Program-made: the position numbers and the translations under genes
Notes under the pieces: model-generated
Database searches by the model: none
Told to the model about the DNA's origin: nothing
What the model saw: the letters and a program-made list of their open reading frames with translations, nothing else
NCBI GenBank assembly: GCA_035438625.1
Contig: DAORIS010000001.1
Span: 56,104-120,103, forward strand
DNA: 64,000 bases
Source: Minisyncoccota bacterium
Lineage (GTDB): Bacteria; Patescibacteriota; Minisyncoccia; Phycocordibacterales; DAORIS01
Direction of reading: 5' to 3'
Part shown: positions 48,245-58,578 of the stretch, one piece after another
How the letters are laid out: the number at the start of each line of letters is the position of its first letter
Position numbering within the stretch: position 1 is the stretch's first letter

Positions 48245-48721
48245 TTAATCTATTCGAGTAATCTTATAAACCATTTCGCCTTTAGGCATTCGTACAGAAA
48301 AGGTTTCACCTTTCTTCTTCCCAATCATAGCAGCTGCAAGCGGAGAATCGATAGATAGTTTGTTTTGTGAGATGTCCGCCTCTTCAGACCCAACAATTAT
48401 GTACGCCTGTTGTGTTCCATCACCTTCTTTTGTAACTGTCACCTTGTTTCCAATAGAAACAATATCCGTAGTTGGCTTATGTCCCTCAGCGATAATTGTT
48501 GCATGCTTAAGAAGTATCTCAAGTTTGCTGATTCTCTCTTCGAGATTCATCTGTGACTCACGTGCCTGGTGGTATTCAGCGTTTTCAGAGAGGTCACCAA
48601 GTGACTTTGAATATTCAAGTTCTTCGGCAACTTCCTTACGCCTAACCGTGCGTAATTCTTCGAGTTCGCGGGTCAACTCGTCGAATTTCTCTGAGGTTAA
48701 ATAGTGAGTGTCAGTGTTCAT
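48245..48721 (-). CDS. greA: Transcription elongation factor GreA
   Basis: GDLSENAEY, SPLAAAMIGK. Confidence 0.96.
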   Translation of the reverse strand: MNTDTHYLTSEKFDELTRELEELRTVRRKEVAEELEYSKSLGDLSENAEYHQARESQMNLEERISKLEILLKHATIIAEGHKPTTDIVSIGNKVTVTKEGDGTQQAYIIVGSEEADISQNKLSIDSPLAAAMIGKKKGETFSVRMPKGEMVYKITRID

Positions 48722-48749
48722 GAGCGTTAACTATATATAAGAATTAAAG

Positions 48750-50408
48750 TTAGTCAAACTGGAAATACTCAGGCGCCTGAATCATAGCAGCATCAATGAA
48801 TTGCCTAACTAGCCACGGCGCTCCAAGTGTGTTTTCACGTGGCCCTTTTTCCATAAGCAAAACAAAAGCATATTTTGGTTTTTCGTAAGGATAGTACCCA
48901 ATTGCCCAAGAATTCACATATTCTTTATTAGCACCCACTTCAGCTGTCCCTGATTTTCCTGCGGCTTCAAACGGAAGACCGTTTAGAGCGATCATTGTTC
49001 CCTCTTCAACTGCTAAATGCATCCCTTCACGAACAACATTTAAGTCTTCTGGGGAAAACGTGATCATCATAGATTTTGCATATGTGTCTATATCTCCTTT
49101 TATAATGGTTGGCTCAACAAGACGGTCACCGGTTGCAATACCTGAAATCGCCCGTACCGCTTGAGCTGGTGTTATGAGTGTGCCGAACTGACCAATTGCC
49201 GTGTGATACGTATCTCCGAGTCTCCACGGGTCACCGTCAAATGTCTTCAGTTTCCACTCAGGAGTTGGAATGACACCACTTTGGGAACTGAAAAATGGTG
49301 AAACAAGCGGCTTTCCAAATCCAAATTGCTGCATGTACTCATCAATCCGAACAATACCTAATCCCTTCTGGTCTTCATATCCCCCGCCAATGGCGTAAAA
49401 ATACACGTCAGAGGAGACTGCGATCGCTCGACGCATGTCTACATACCCGTGGGCTTTCCAGTCTCTAAAAACTGATGGTTTATCAGGAAAGTATGGATTG
49501 GGAATACTAATAGCTCCTGTTGAAAGGATACTTTTCTCTGGTGAGATTAAATTTTCGTTTAACGCACCGAGTGCAATAAATGGTTTGATAATAGATCCAG
49601 GAGCAAAAAGGCCAACCGATGCTCGATCAAGGAATACATTTCGAGGATCAGATAGTTGTGCAGCGATTGAAGCGGAAGTTCCATTTGTCATCACATCTGA
49701 AGAAAATTCAGGATACGACACATGTGTGATCACTTCTCCTGTTTCGATGTCCATAAGCATTCCTGCTCCACCATGGAAATCTCTTTCTTCGACCGCTTTT
49801 TGTAATGTATCGGTAAGTATTTTTTGCAAACGCGAGTCGACTGATAAATAAACTGAATCACCATGGTCGGGCTCATCAACCGTACTTTCTCCCAGAAGTC
49901 CACCTGAAACATCTGTCTCACGCAACTTCACTCCATTTTCACCTTTTAATTCTTCATCAAACAACAATTCAGCACCTTCACGTGCATCAAAATCATGTGA
50001 GTAATAGTTACCGCTCGAATCTTTTCCAGGATATTTAACGTACCCTGTTAAATGTGAAATACCTGGAACAGTTGAGTACATTCGGCGTGAAAAATCTCCA
50101 TCCACTCGTTCATTCCACGCAAGCGGCACACCATTCCTATCAAAAATCACACCTCGCTCGGCAAATACAATTGAACGCTCAAGTCGGTTCTTTTCACTTC
50201 GTTCAAATAAATCACTGCCTTGAACGATTTGTAGCGATGCAGACCGATACAAAAACGCTCCAATCATCAAAAACAAGATTGTAGCGACTCCAATAATCGT
50301 TGGGCGCGAGAGTGATCGTTCCATCCGTCCTTCAAATTGGTGTGTATCTAGGCCGGCCAGATTATGCGCATCAAGAAATATTGCATCTGGATCGAGGTGT
50401 TGATTCAT
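48750..50408 (-). CDS. mrdA: Penicillin-binding protein 2
   Basis: PGSIIK, SSDVYFY, KSGTAE; downstream of mreBC. Confidence 0.88.
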   Translation of the reverse strand: MNQHLDPDAIFLDAHNLAGLDTHQFEGRMERSLSRPTIIGVATILFLMIGAFLYRSASLQIVQGSDLFERSEKNRLERSIVFAERGVIFDRNGVPLAWNERVDGDFSRRMYSTVPGISHLTGYVKYPGKDSSGNYYSHDFDAREGAELLFDEELKGENGVKLRETDVSGGLLGESTVDEPDHGDSVYLSVDSRLQKILTDTLQKAVEERDFHGGAGMLMDIETGEVITHVSYPEFSSDVMTNGTSASIAAQLSDPRNVFLDRASVGLFAPGSIIKPFIALGALNENLISPEKSILSTGAISIPNPYFPDKPSVFRDWKAHGYVDMRRAIAVSSDVYFYAIGGGYEDQKGLGIVRIDEYMQQFGFGKPLVSPFFSSQSGVIPTPEWKLKTFDGDPWRLGDTYHTAIGQFGTLITPAQAVRAISGIATGDRLVEPTIIKGDIDTYAKSMMITFSPEDLNVVREGMHLAVEEGTMIALNGLPFEAAGKSGTAEVGANKEYVNSWAIGYYPYEKPKYAFVLLMEKGPRENTLGAPWLVRQFIDAAMIQAPEYFQFD

Positions 50409-50687
50409 TTAACTGTATACTATCAATTTCTGCTTAATCCGTTCAATAACGAGGAGAAGAATGAAACCTACGACAGCAATTTGAATCTGCGTAAACACTG
50501 GCGCTCCGTATATGAGCGCAGCAAGAGTAAGTGCTGCAACCGCCTCAGCGTATGCGGTAAATATAAACATATAAATAAGCGCTACTAGCCCAGCCAATAA
50601 GTAGTGTATTGGAGCAAGAATAAGAATCAGGACCAATCCAAGTGCCCTGTATATCCAAGAACTATTTCGTTCATCACTCGGCAACAT
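50409..50687 (-). CDS. Small membrane protein at the MreD position
   Basis: Hydrophobic 92-aa ORF between mreC and mrdA. Confidence 0.55.
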   Translation of the reverse strand: MLPSDERNSSWIYRALGLVLILILAPIHYLLAGLVALIYMFIFTAYAEAVAALTLAALIYGAPVFTQIQIAVVGFILLLVIERIKQKLIVYS

Positions 50688-51600
50688 ATATATCCTTCAA
50701 TTCAAATAATGAAACAGGAAGCATAAATGTAACTGTGACCAATGGATCAACATCCGAACCATCAATATGATTTATGTGTGAAAAAACTTCTGTCGGATGT
50801 GTTGCAGCGAACACTTCAAGTCCTTCAGTTACAAGTAACCCCTTAGGGATTTCAGTTTGAAACATACCCCCACCTTTTCCAAACGCAACATGTGAAACCG
50901 TACTTGTTCCAAATGTTACCGGAAACGTCGTGTTTGGTTTTGAAAATAAATCTACTGTTACCGTCTTTCCAGAAAGAGATGTAATTGTACCGATTGAAAC
51001 TGGTGCACCTCCCGCTGTCACCACATATATTTCTTTTCCTTGAGAAAGCACAGAGTTTTCTATACCAGAATCAATAAGTGCAACGATAGTATCAAATGGA
51101 GAAAATGGTGGTTTTGAAAGTACACGACCAATCTTTTTCATGGGGGCGTATTGTTTTCTTGACACTTCAAACGTTGGAGCTTCATATGTCGGAACAGATG
51201 ATGAGGCGACGGTTGGCGGAGCATCAAATAACGTACTCGATGCGGTTATTTGTACCTCCTCTGGCTCCTGTAAGCCTCTAATTTGCTCCTGCATCGACAA
51301 TCGAAACGTTTCCGTACTTGATGCGAGCGCAGCATATTCGGCCCGTAGGCGGGCATTTTCATCCTGTACAGCCCTATTCCCTATCCATTCTGATACAAAC
51401 GGATTTACCGTTCGAAAAACATAGTCTCTACTTACAACTATTGGATACGTTGCGTACGCAAGAAGTGTATGTGCAAGACCTTGAAATACGATAAGTGCCA
51501 AACAAAATGCAGCAAGCACACCAAGTGCAGCCATTTGCATTGACCGGAGTCGCCTATCTTGTCGGCGGAAGCTCGTTTGCATCCTGTATGAGTACTTCAC
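50674..51600 (-). CDS. mreC: Rod shape-determining protein MreC
   Basis: TM, ENARL coiled coil, beta domain with GKGGG; follows mreB. Confidence 0.75.
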   Translation of the reverse strand: MKYSYRMQTSFRRQDRRLRSMQMAALGVLAAFCLALIVFQGLAHTLLAYATYPIVVSRDYVFRTVNPFVSEWIGNRAVQDENARLRAEYAALASSTETFRLSMQEQIRGLQEPEEVQITASSTLFDAPPTVASSSVPTYEAPTFEVSRKQYAPMKKIGRVLSKPPFSPFDTIVALIDSGIENSVLSQGKEIYVVTAGGAPVSIGTITSLSGKTVTVDLFSKPNTTFPVTFGTSTVSHVAFGKGGGMFQTEIPKGLLVTEGLEVFAATHPTEVFSHINHIDGSDVDPLVTVTFMLPVSLFELKDIYVAE

Positions 51601-52615
51601 GATATATATCTATGTTTTCTAGAATTATACCTGTTCCACGCGCAACTGCAGTAAGAGGCTCGTCTGCAATGTGTACAGGAATTTTTAGATATTCAGAAAG
51701 CAACATGTCGAGACCTCTAATGAGTGCTCCACCGCCAGTTAAAAATACACCGTCTCTCATTACATCAGCCAACACTTCTGGAGGAGTTGTTTCAAGAATT
51801 TCTTTGATTGATTCAATTAAGGCGTCGATCGACTGACCAATTGCCTCACGAATATCTGCGTCAGAGACTGTCACTTCACGAGGTAGTCCTGTAATGAGGT
51901 CACGTCCTTTGATTTTAGTTTCCCGAGGTTCTGCTCCAGGAATGACTGAACCAATTAAAATCTTTGCTTCTTCCGCAGTCTTTTCTCCGATTAAAATCTT
52001 AAACTCGTTTCTTACATACGCAATAATGTCTGAATTGAATCGATCTCCTGCGATTCGCGCGTTCCGAGACTTCACAATTCCACCAAGTGAGATGACGGCA
52101 ATGTCGGTTGTTCCACCTCCGATGTCAATAATCATGCTACCAACTGGCTCATGGACTGGAAGCCTGATTCCAATTGCTGCTGCCATTGGTTCTTCAACAA
52201 TAAATACTTCGCGCGCTCCTGCATTCATTGCAGCATCACGTACGGCACGAGTTTCAACGTTTGTTATTCCCGATGGAACTCCAACCACAATACGAGGACC
52301 GAGTAACTTCTTATGTTCAGCTTGGGCACGTCTAATTAAATACCGAAGCATTTCTTCGGTAACTTCAAAGTCTGAGATAACACCATCAACAATAGGACGC
52401 ACTGCGACAATGTGTTGCGGTGTCCTTCCGAGCATGTTTTTTGCTGCCTGACCAACAGCCACGACCGTGTTAGTTCGTTGGTTTAAAGCAACAACTGAAG
52501 GCTCATTTACCACAATTCCATGGCCACGAAGATATACCAGCGTATTTGCCGTTCCCAAGTCTATTCCTACATCGTTAGAGAGAAATTCGCGTATTTTCCG
52601 GAATAATTTCTGCAT
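51554..52615 (-). CDS. mreB: Rod shape-determining protein MreB
   Basis: GIDLGTANT, NEPSVVA, DIGGGTT, TGGGAL. Confidence 0.96.
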   Translation of the reverse strand: MQKLFRKIREFLSNDVGIDLGTANTLVYLRGHGIVVNEPSVVALNQRTNTVVAVGQAAKNMLGRTPQHIVAVRPIVDGVISDFEVTEEMLRYLIRRAQAEHKKLLGPRIVVGVPSGITNVETRAVRDAAMNAGAREVFIVEEPMAAAIGIRLPVHEPVGSMIIDIGGGTTDIAVISLGGIVKSRNARIAGDRFNSDIIAYVRNEFKILIGEKTAEEAKILIGSVIPGAEPRETKIKGRDLITGLPREVTVSDADIREAIGQSIDALIESIKEILETTPPEVLADVMRDGVFLTGGGALIRGLDMLLSEYLKIPVHIADEPLTAVARGTGIILENIDIYREVLIQDANELPPTR

Positions 52616-52624
52616 GACAACGCA

Positions 52625-53878
52625 TTATACACAAATATCCGAGATTGCCGAGATGTCAGTTCCTATGATTTGTGTTTCACCAGTTTTTCGATTTCTGTAC
52701 TCAATACCACCTGCTTTAAGGGACTTTTCAGAAATGATAAGAATGTGTGGCATACCCATAAGTTCTGCGTCAGATAATTTCTCTCCAGGACGCAAATCTC
52801 GATCATCGAGGATAGCAGTAACACCAGAAGATTGTAGCTCTGTATATGTTTTTAATGCAGTTGCTTGTACCTCTTCGCTATTTCCAAGTTGTGCTATGTG
52901 CACACGAGCTGGTGCAACGGCTGATGGCCAGACAATTCCTTTATCATCCGAAAATACTTCTACAATCGTGCCCATGAGCCTTCCAGGACCAATTCCATAA
53001 CTTCCCATGACTACTGATTTTCGCTCTCCTGTCTCGTCTGTGTATGTAAGCTCAAGTGGATCTGAAAACTTTGTACCAAGATTGAAAATATTTCCAACTT
53101 CTACTGCCTTAATTTCCTTTAAGGTGTCTTTTGATAATCCGAGCTCAGACAAGACTTCATCTGTATACACTTCTTTGTTAACGGCAACTTTTTTCTTTGT
53201 ATCAATATAAATAGTATCTTCACCAGCTTCTGTTATTGTCTGGAACTCTTCTGAAAACTTACTGAAAATTCCTCCTGACGCGAATGTTGGGTATGTAACG
53301 TCTCCTAAACCAACCGCATCAAAGATTCTGATGTATGCAGCCCTCACTTGTGCATAAAAAGCATCGTGCTCTTCAACTGTTTTTGAGAACGAGTAGAGGT
53401 CTTTCATTAAAAATTCCTTTCCACGCATGATGCCGCTTTTTGCGCGCGCTTCATTTCTAAATTTAATCTGGAACTGAAATACATATCGAGGCAAGTCACG
53501 GTATGACGAGATGTGATCTCTCATGAGGTTTGTGAGTGGCTCTTCGTGAGTAATACCAAGACCGGTTTCACCGCCTGACTTGAATGTAGTCTTAAACCAG
53601 TTATCAACTTTTGCATCGTCCCAACGGTCGGTCTTTTTCCAAACCTCTTTGTCTTGAAGTGCTGAGAGTGACACTTCTTGTGCGCCAAGTCCAACCATTT
53701 CCTTGCGGATAATTGAGACAATATTTTGAAGGACAATATTTCCTAGCGGTAAAAACGAGTAGACTCCTGCAAGGTTTTTATGAACGTAGCCTGCACGCTC
53801 TAGAAGAATTGCATTCTTTGACTGCTCATCAGCAGGATTCTCTCTTCGAGTCTTCGTAAATAGTGTCTGTAACCTCAT
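52625..53878 (-). CDS. proS: Proline--tRNA ligase (short form)
   Basis: THEE, KFRNEAR, EFLMKDLYSF, EVGNIF, MGSYGIG. Confidence 0.94.
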   Translation of the reverse strand: MRLQTLFTKTRRENPADEQSKNAILLERAGYVHKNLAGVYSFLPLGNIVLQNIVSIIRKEMVGLGAQEVSLSALQDKEVWKKTDRWDDAKVDNWFKTTFKSGGETGLGITHEEPLTNLMRDHISSYRDLPRYVFQFQIKFRNEARAKSGIMRGKEFLMKDLYSFSKTVEEHDAFYAQVRAAYIRIFDAVGLGDVTYPTFASGGIFSKFSEEFQTITEAGEDTIYIDTKKKVAVNKEVYTDEVLSELGLSKDTLKEIKAVEVGNIFNLGTKFSDPLELTYTDETGERKSVVMGSYGIGPGRLMGTIVEVFSDDKGIVWPSAVAPARVHIAQLGNSEEVQATALKTYTELQSSGVTAILDDRDLRPGEKLSDAELMGMPHILIISEKSLKAGGIEYRNRKTGETQIIGTDISAISDICV

Positions 53879-54993
53879 AGTAATTTAATAACGTCATTAA
53901 CGGTTATAAACAACATCAAACCAAGGAGAATTACAAAGCCACCGATGTTTACCGCATTTGCAAATGTTGGTGAAATCCGACGTCGTGTAATTGATTCAAT
54001 TATTACAAATAACAATCGTCCTCCATCAAGCGCTGGGAACGGCAAGATGTTAATAACAGCCAGGTTAATTGAAATAAGTGCAGTGAATGACACAAGGTAT
54101 GCAAATCCCATTTGTCCTGCAGTTGAAACAAGCTTTGCGATTCCAACTGGACCTGACACCTGAGACATGATGTCATCTTCAGTAAAGATTCCTGTAAAGA
54201 AATGGTACAGACCGCCAGTAATTGCTACGGTCATATTTGCCGTAAGGTTTGCTCCTTCGATAAACGCCTTATATATTGGAAGTTTGAGTAGTCCAACGGT
54301 GCCTAGTCCAATTCCAATCATCGGAGTTGTGGTTGCACTTGATACCACTGGAATAACCGTAGTAGTTGTAGCAGTAGAGCCTCGCATCACTCTCATAGTC
54401 AGACCGTCAGATGACGAATCCTTAATGAAGTTTTGTACTGTTTGAACATCACTCGGTGCAACTACCTCAAGACCTCCAACATCTCCTGAGACAGAGCGTT
54501 TTGATAGTTCAACAATCTCGTCCCCTGGTAATAGTCCTGCTCGTGAAGCTGGAGAGTCTGGGTCAACAATACTGATAACAACTTTTACATCATCGTATCG
54601 TGCACCTTCTATATAGTCTGTTGAAACTGGAAAACCAACCATAAACCCAAGGGATATTGATATCCAGGCAAATAAGATATTAAAGGTTACCCCCGCGAGA
54701 AGCACAATTGCCTGCATCCATCGTGGCTTTGACGTGAAACTGCGATTTGAATCAGATCCAGTGAGAGATTCTTCACTTGGATTTTCACCGTGAATTCGAA
54801 CATACCCTCCAATTGGAAGTGCGTTAAGTGCATATTCAGTCTCTCCTTTTTTCCATGCAAAGATTCGTGGAGGAAAACCAAGTGCAAACTCATCCACTCG
54901 CATACCAAACAGTTTTGCGGTAACAAAGTGACCTAGTTCATGTACAAAAATCAGTACAGAGAGGACAATGAGAAAAAGTATTACGGTAAACAT
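53875..54993 (-). CDS. rseP: RIP metalloprotease RseP (M50, PDZ)
   Basis: HELGH, LPIGGYV, NILPFPALDGG. Confidence 0.94.
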   Translation of the reverse strand: MFTVILFLIVLSVLIFVHELGHFVTAKLFGMRVDEFALGFPPRIFAWKKGETEYALNALPIGGYVRIHGENPSEESLTGSDSNRSFTSKPRWMQAIVLLAGVTFNILFAWISISLGFMVGFPVSTDYIEGARYDDVKVVISIVDPDSPASRAGLLPGDEIVELSKRSVSGDVGGLEVVAPSDVQTVQNFIKDSSSDGLTMRVMRGSTATTTTVIPVVSSATTTPMIGIGLGTVGLLKLPIYKAFIEGANLTANMTVAITGGLYHFFTGIFTEDDIMSQVSGPVGIAKLVSTAGQMGFAYLVSFTALISINLAVINILPFPALDGGRLLFVIIESITRRRISPTFANAVNIGGFVILLGLMLFITVNDVIKLL

Positions 54994-55544
54994 TATTGTT
55001 CGAGAATTTCCTTCTCTTTTTTAACCATCATTTCTTCAAGCTTCTTCTGGGTCTCTTGAATAATCTTTTCCATCTCGGTCTTGAAACGGAATTTGTCATC
55101 TTCGCTCATTCCACCTTCCTTTTCCTTGTTCTGAATTTCTTGCCACGTGTCATCACGAAGACCACGGAGAGAAATCTTCGCTTGTTCAAGTTTATCTTTT
55201 GCAATCTTCACAAATTGTGTTCGGCGTTCTGTTGTTAACTGAGGAAACGTAAGTCGAAGTCCTTTTCCATCGTTTGCAATTCCAAGACCCAAATCAGCTG
55301 CCTGGATTCCCTTTTCAAGGTCCTTCACAACACTTGCGTCATATGGAGTCACTCGGAGTGTTCGTGCGTCTTCGCCGGTTACTGATGCCAACTGAGAAAT
55401 TGGCATTTGGCTGCCATAGGCTTCTATTTTTACACCATCCAAAATAGCTGGAGTTGCTCGTCCAGTTCTAATTTGTGTGTTTTCGTTGAGTAACCAAGAC
55501 TCAACATCTTGGGCTTTTTTCTTCAGTAATGAAAAGTTATACAT
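54993..55544 (-). CDS. frr: Ribosome recycling factor
   Basis: IRTGRATP, YGS, PQLTTERR; TATACT 8 nt before ATG 55544. Confidence 0.95.
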   Translation of the reverse strand: MYNFSLLKKKAQDVESWLLNENTQIRTGRATPAILDGVKIEAYGSQMPISQLASVTGEDARTLRVTPYDASVVKDLEKGIQAADLGLGIANDGKGLRLTFPQLTTERRTQFVKIAKDKLEQAKISLRGLRDDTWQEIQNKEKEGGMSEDDKFRFKTEMEKIIQETQKKLEEMMVKKEKEILEQ

Positions 55545-56178
55545 ATTTAGGAAGTATAAGGGATAGGTATTCCAATAGCAATTTAAGCGAGATACCATTT
55601 CTATCGAGTGCTGAGCGTGTTTCGTGGATAACTGAGAGTGCGCGTGCAGTCTCTTGTGGTGTCATTGATGTGTCTTCTGACCGAATAACTACTGCTAGTC
55701 GCTCAATAAATAGTCCCGCCTCAGCATGGTCTTTACCTTTGATGTATTTCTGGACCAATTTGATTCGTCCTGCTGGACCACTCGCTAAAAATTCTGCTGT
55801 TGTGTCTTTCTTTTTTGATGGTCGCTTTGTTTCCTCTTGTTTTTGACCTAATGTATTTACAATATGCGCTCGCGAACGGAGCGTGGGAATAATTGTATGT
55901 GGTGACATATGAAGAAATAATCTATTTCCTCCTGACATTTCTTCAGTTAACTTTAAAAGAGCATTTTGTGCTTCTAATGTTACTGTACGGACTCGGATGT
56001 GACCTACTTTCCCGTTTCCACCAAATGCATTGGTTGAAAAAAACGTATATACATGTCTAACAACATCAATAGTGAGCGTATCGTCCTCGTATATATATGT
56101 ATCCAATGGATTCTCCAGGGTTAGTGACTCTTCCGACGGGTGGAGGATTACAAAATGATGTGTGGATACTTCTTCCAT
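55537..56178 (-). CDS. holB: DNA polymerase III delta-prime-like subunit (reduced)
   Basis: TIDVVR, EAQNALLKLTEE, IIPTLRSR. Confidence 0.75.
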   Translation of the reverse strand: MEEVSTHHFVILHPSEESLTLENPLDTYIYEDDTLTIDVVRHVYTFFSTNAFGGNGKVGHIRVRTVTLEAQNALLKLTEEMSGGNRLFLHMSPHTIIPTLRSRAHIVNTLGQKQEETKRPSKKKDTTAEFLASGPAGRIKLVQKYIKGKDHAEAGLFIERLAVVIRSEDTSMTPQETARALSVIHETRSALDRNGISLKLLLEYLSLILPKYV

Positions 56179-56306
56179 AGTGGATATTTTACAGCCTTAT
56201 TGAAGAATATTTTACCAGGCATATAATTTATTGACGTAATAACTATTATATGATCTAATATATAAGTAAGGATCTTGTATCCTATGTTCATTTACAGGGA
56301 GTAGTA

Positions 56307-56630
56307 ATGGTAATGCGTATCAACGCTCTGCTGTCTCTTCTACTTACGATCTCTGTTCTGCTTAACGTCAGCCTCTTACGTTCAGAGGTAGACGCGAAGA
56401 AAGAGATCACTCGACTCGACTCCCGCTACGACGACACGTTTAGCATTATTGCTAGACAAGACACTCGCATCAACCAACTGATCAACGAACACCCGACAAC
56501 GCGTCCTTTGAGTAGCACATACCAAGGCGAAGGGAAATTACGCGCGCTTCAATTTCCGCCGATTCTACACACCGCTCGCGCACGCGCGACACCAAGTACC
56601 CGTCCAACCACCGTGCCAACTACCAAGTAG
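56307..56630 (+). CDS. Orphan membrane-anchored coiled-coil protein with Thr/Pro tail
   Basis: SD AGGGAG, TTGACG box upstream, TM ending SVLLN, terminator at 56647-56684. Confidence 0.65.
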   Translation: MVMRINALLSLLLTISVLLNVSLLRSEVDAKKEITRLDSRYDDTFSIIARQDTRINQLINEHPTTRPLSSTYQGEGKLRALQFPPILHTARARATPSTRPTTVPTTK

Positions 56631-56760
56631 GCACATGTGAACTTTAAATCGCACTTGTTTGTAAGCAAACTTGTGCGATTTTTCTTTACCTTGATTTACT
56701 AATATAAAAAACAGTGTTATAGAAAGTCCTGTTCCACCACCACCCCACAAAGAGGTTTGT

Positions 56761-56992
56761 ATGCCAAGGGGTAATACTTCACAGCCACCCGCGAATCTCA
56801 CCAAAGAGGAATTACTTGCGGAGTACGTCGATCTCGCAGTAAAAACAGTTGCGGAGCTTAGAAACACACCTACCCGAGTACCGGGGTTTGAAATCAAGAT
56901 TGGCTCATCGGACAGACAACACAGCGATCAATGCCATCCAATTCAGAATGAACTCACTCAAAGAAGAAATGATGCGCCGAATGAGGCGTTAA
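56761..56992 (+). pseudogene. Orphan helical protein with a frameshift in an A5 run
   Basis: Deleting one A at 56841-56845 gives 76 aa (...YVDLAVKQLRSLETHL...KEEMMRRMRR) ending just before the terminator, instead of running into mreB. Confidence 0.6.
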
Positions 56993-57006
56993 CATTATTC
57001 CGTACT

Positions 57007-57035
57007 AGCCGCCATGATTCATGGCGGCTTTTCTT
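57007..57035 (+). repeat. Terminator-family repeat copy 2
   Basis: AGCCGCCATGA-T-TCATGGCGGCT followed by TTTCTT. Confidence 0.75.
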
Positions 57036-58044
57036 ATCGCTTCGCTACAATTGCACGCTTATATACATCCAAATGTTCAAGTGCAATACCGGTTCCCTTT
57101 GCTACACAAAAATATGCTTCATCAGCAAGTAGTGCTTTAACACCTGTCCTTCGAAAAACCAGTTCGGGAAGATTTCTAAGTTGTGATGTACCACCAGTCA
57201 TAATAATTCCCTGGTCAATAATGTCTGAGGCAAGTTCAGGAGGAGTCTCTTGAAGTACTGACTTAATCGCATTGATCATTTCTCGAAGTTCTCGGGAAAT
57301 TGCTTTCACTACTTCGTTTGTTCGCATTTCAATAGAACGCGGAAGACCTGAGACAAAATCTCTTCCCTTTACAATCATTGTCAATTCTTCTTCAACAGGA
57401 ACGGCTGATCCAACTTGAATTTTGATATCCTCTGCCGTCTTTTCCCCAATCGAAAGGTTAAACGTCTTTTTTACATAATCAATTATTGCCGCATCAATTT
57501 TGTTTCCAGCAACTTTCACAGAAGTGGATGCCACAATTCCTCCAAGTGAAATCACCGCCACATCAGTTGTTCCACCTCCAGCGTCAACAACCATTCGTCC
57601 CATTGGTTCGTGAATTGGAATACCAGCACCAATTGCCGCAAGAATAGGTTCTTTAACAACATACGCATTCTTTGCACCAGCTTTAACCGCAGCTTCGATA
57701 ACCGCACGTCGCTCGGTTGATGTCACTCCAGCAGGAACTGAGATGAGTACGTCAGGGCGAATAATATTAAAACGGCCGAGTGCCTTATGAATGTAATATC
57801 GAAGCATCGCTTCGGTTACACGATAGTCCGCAATCACCCCATCTTTCATTGGACGATACGCAATGATTTCATCCGGTGTTCGTCCGATCATAAACTTGGC
57901 TTCAGATCCTACCGCGAGGATTCTATTGTTAGACGAGACCGCAACAACTGAAGGCTCATTTAGTACCACTCCCTTTCCGGGCACAAACACCAGCGTGTTT
58001 GCTGTACCTAGGTCAATTCCAAGCTTTTTAGTAAAAAATCCCAT
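57034..58044 (-). CDS. mreB: Second MreB paralog
   Basis: GIDLGTANT, RPMKDGVIAD, DAGGGTT. Confidence 0.93.
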   Translation of the reverse strand: MGFFTKKLGIDLGTANTLVFVPGKGVVLNEPSVVAVSSNNRILAVGSEAKFMIGRTPDEIIAYRPMKDGVIADYRVTEAMLRYYIHKALGRFNIIRPDVLISVPAGVTSTERRAVIEAAVKAGAKNAYVVKEPILAAIGAGIPIHEPMGRMVVDAGGGTTDVAVISLGGIVASTSVKVAGNKIDAAIIDYVKKTFNLSIGEKTAEDIKIQVGSAVPVEEELTMIVKGRDFVSGLPRSIEMRTNEVVKAISRELREMINAIKSVLQETPPELASDIIDQGIIMTGGTSQLRNLPELVFRRTGVKALLADEAYFCVAKGTGIALEHLDVYKRAIVAKR

Positions 58045-58082
58045 GTGGGGTCATACTACGTCGTTTCCTTGTTTTTTTCAAT

Positions 58083-58112
58083 AAAAGAAAAGCCGCCACA
58101 GTCTGTGGCGGC
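58083..58112 (-). repeat. Terminator-family repeat copy 3
   Basis: AAAAGAAAAGCCGCCACA-GTC-TGTGGCGGC. Confidence 0.75.
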
Positions 58113-58132
58113 AAATAAATTCTGTACTCCCT

Positions 58133-58462
58133 TTAAACCGCAAGGTGAGCGTCACTCTCAAGGAGTTTGCTATGAACCCGGTCAATGATCATGCCGACCG
58201 TGAATGAATCGCGAAAACTCCAATCATGAGCACGTCTCAGTTCTTCATCTGAAAGGAGTTGAAAATGAAATGTTCTTTCAACCAAATACCGAAGTTGGAG
58301 AAACCACACCCCGTCATCATAAGAAAGGGGTGGGTCTTTCAACTTGAGCTCAGAGCGCAGTGTAAGTGGATCCCCATCGTAATACACCGCTTGAGCAATG
58401 AGGCTTTTTACCAGAGCAGTGGTCGCTTCGACACTAATAGATTTTGCCGATGTGCCAGACAC
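58133..58462 (-). CDS. Acyl-carrier-protein-like protein lacking the Ppant serine (DS to DG)
   Basis: VKSLIA...DGVWFLQLRYLVERTF...SDEE...TVGMIIDRV; SD AAGGAGGT. Confidence 0.62.
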   Translation of the reverse strand: MSGTSAKSISVEATTALVKSLIAQAVYYDGDPLTLRSELKLKDPPLSYDDGVWFLQLRYLVERTFHFQLLSDEELRRAHDWSFRDSFTVGMIIDRVHSKLLESDAHLAV

Positions 58463-58540
58463 AGCAGACCTCCTTGGTTATGTGGACTAGGAACAATTAT
58501 TCACATTAAATCACATACAGAAACACTAGACATCCTAAAC

Positions 58541-58564
58541 AAAACTGCCACGGTGTGTGGCAGT
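58541..58564 (-). terminator. Intrinsic terminator
   Basis: AAAACTGCCAC...GTGGCAGT. Confidence 0.65.
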
Positions 58565-58578
58565 GGAGTTGGACTATA

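Noticed and set aside
56761-57132. 123-aa ORF as listed in the ORF track
   Set aside because: It runs through a terminator and overlaps mreB; better explained by a frameshifted 76-aa gene.
51554-58044. Two mreB paralogs within 6.5 kb
   Set aside because: Multiple MreB paralogs are common in bacteria; not unusual by itself.
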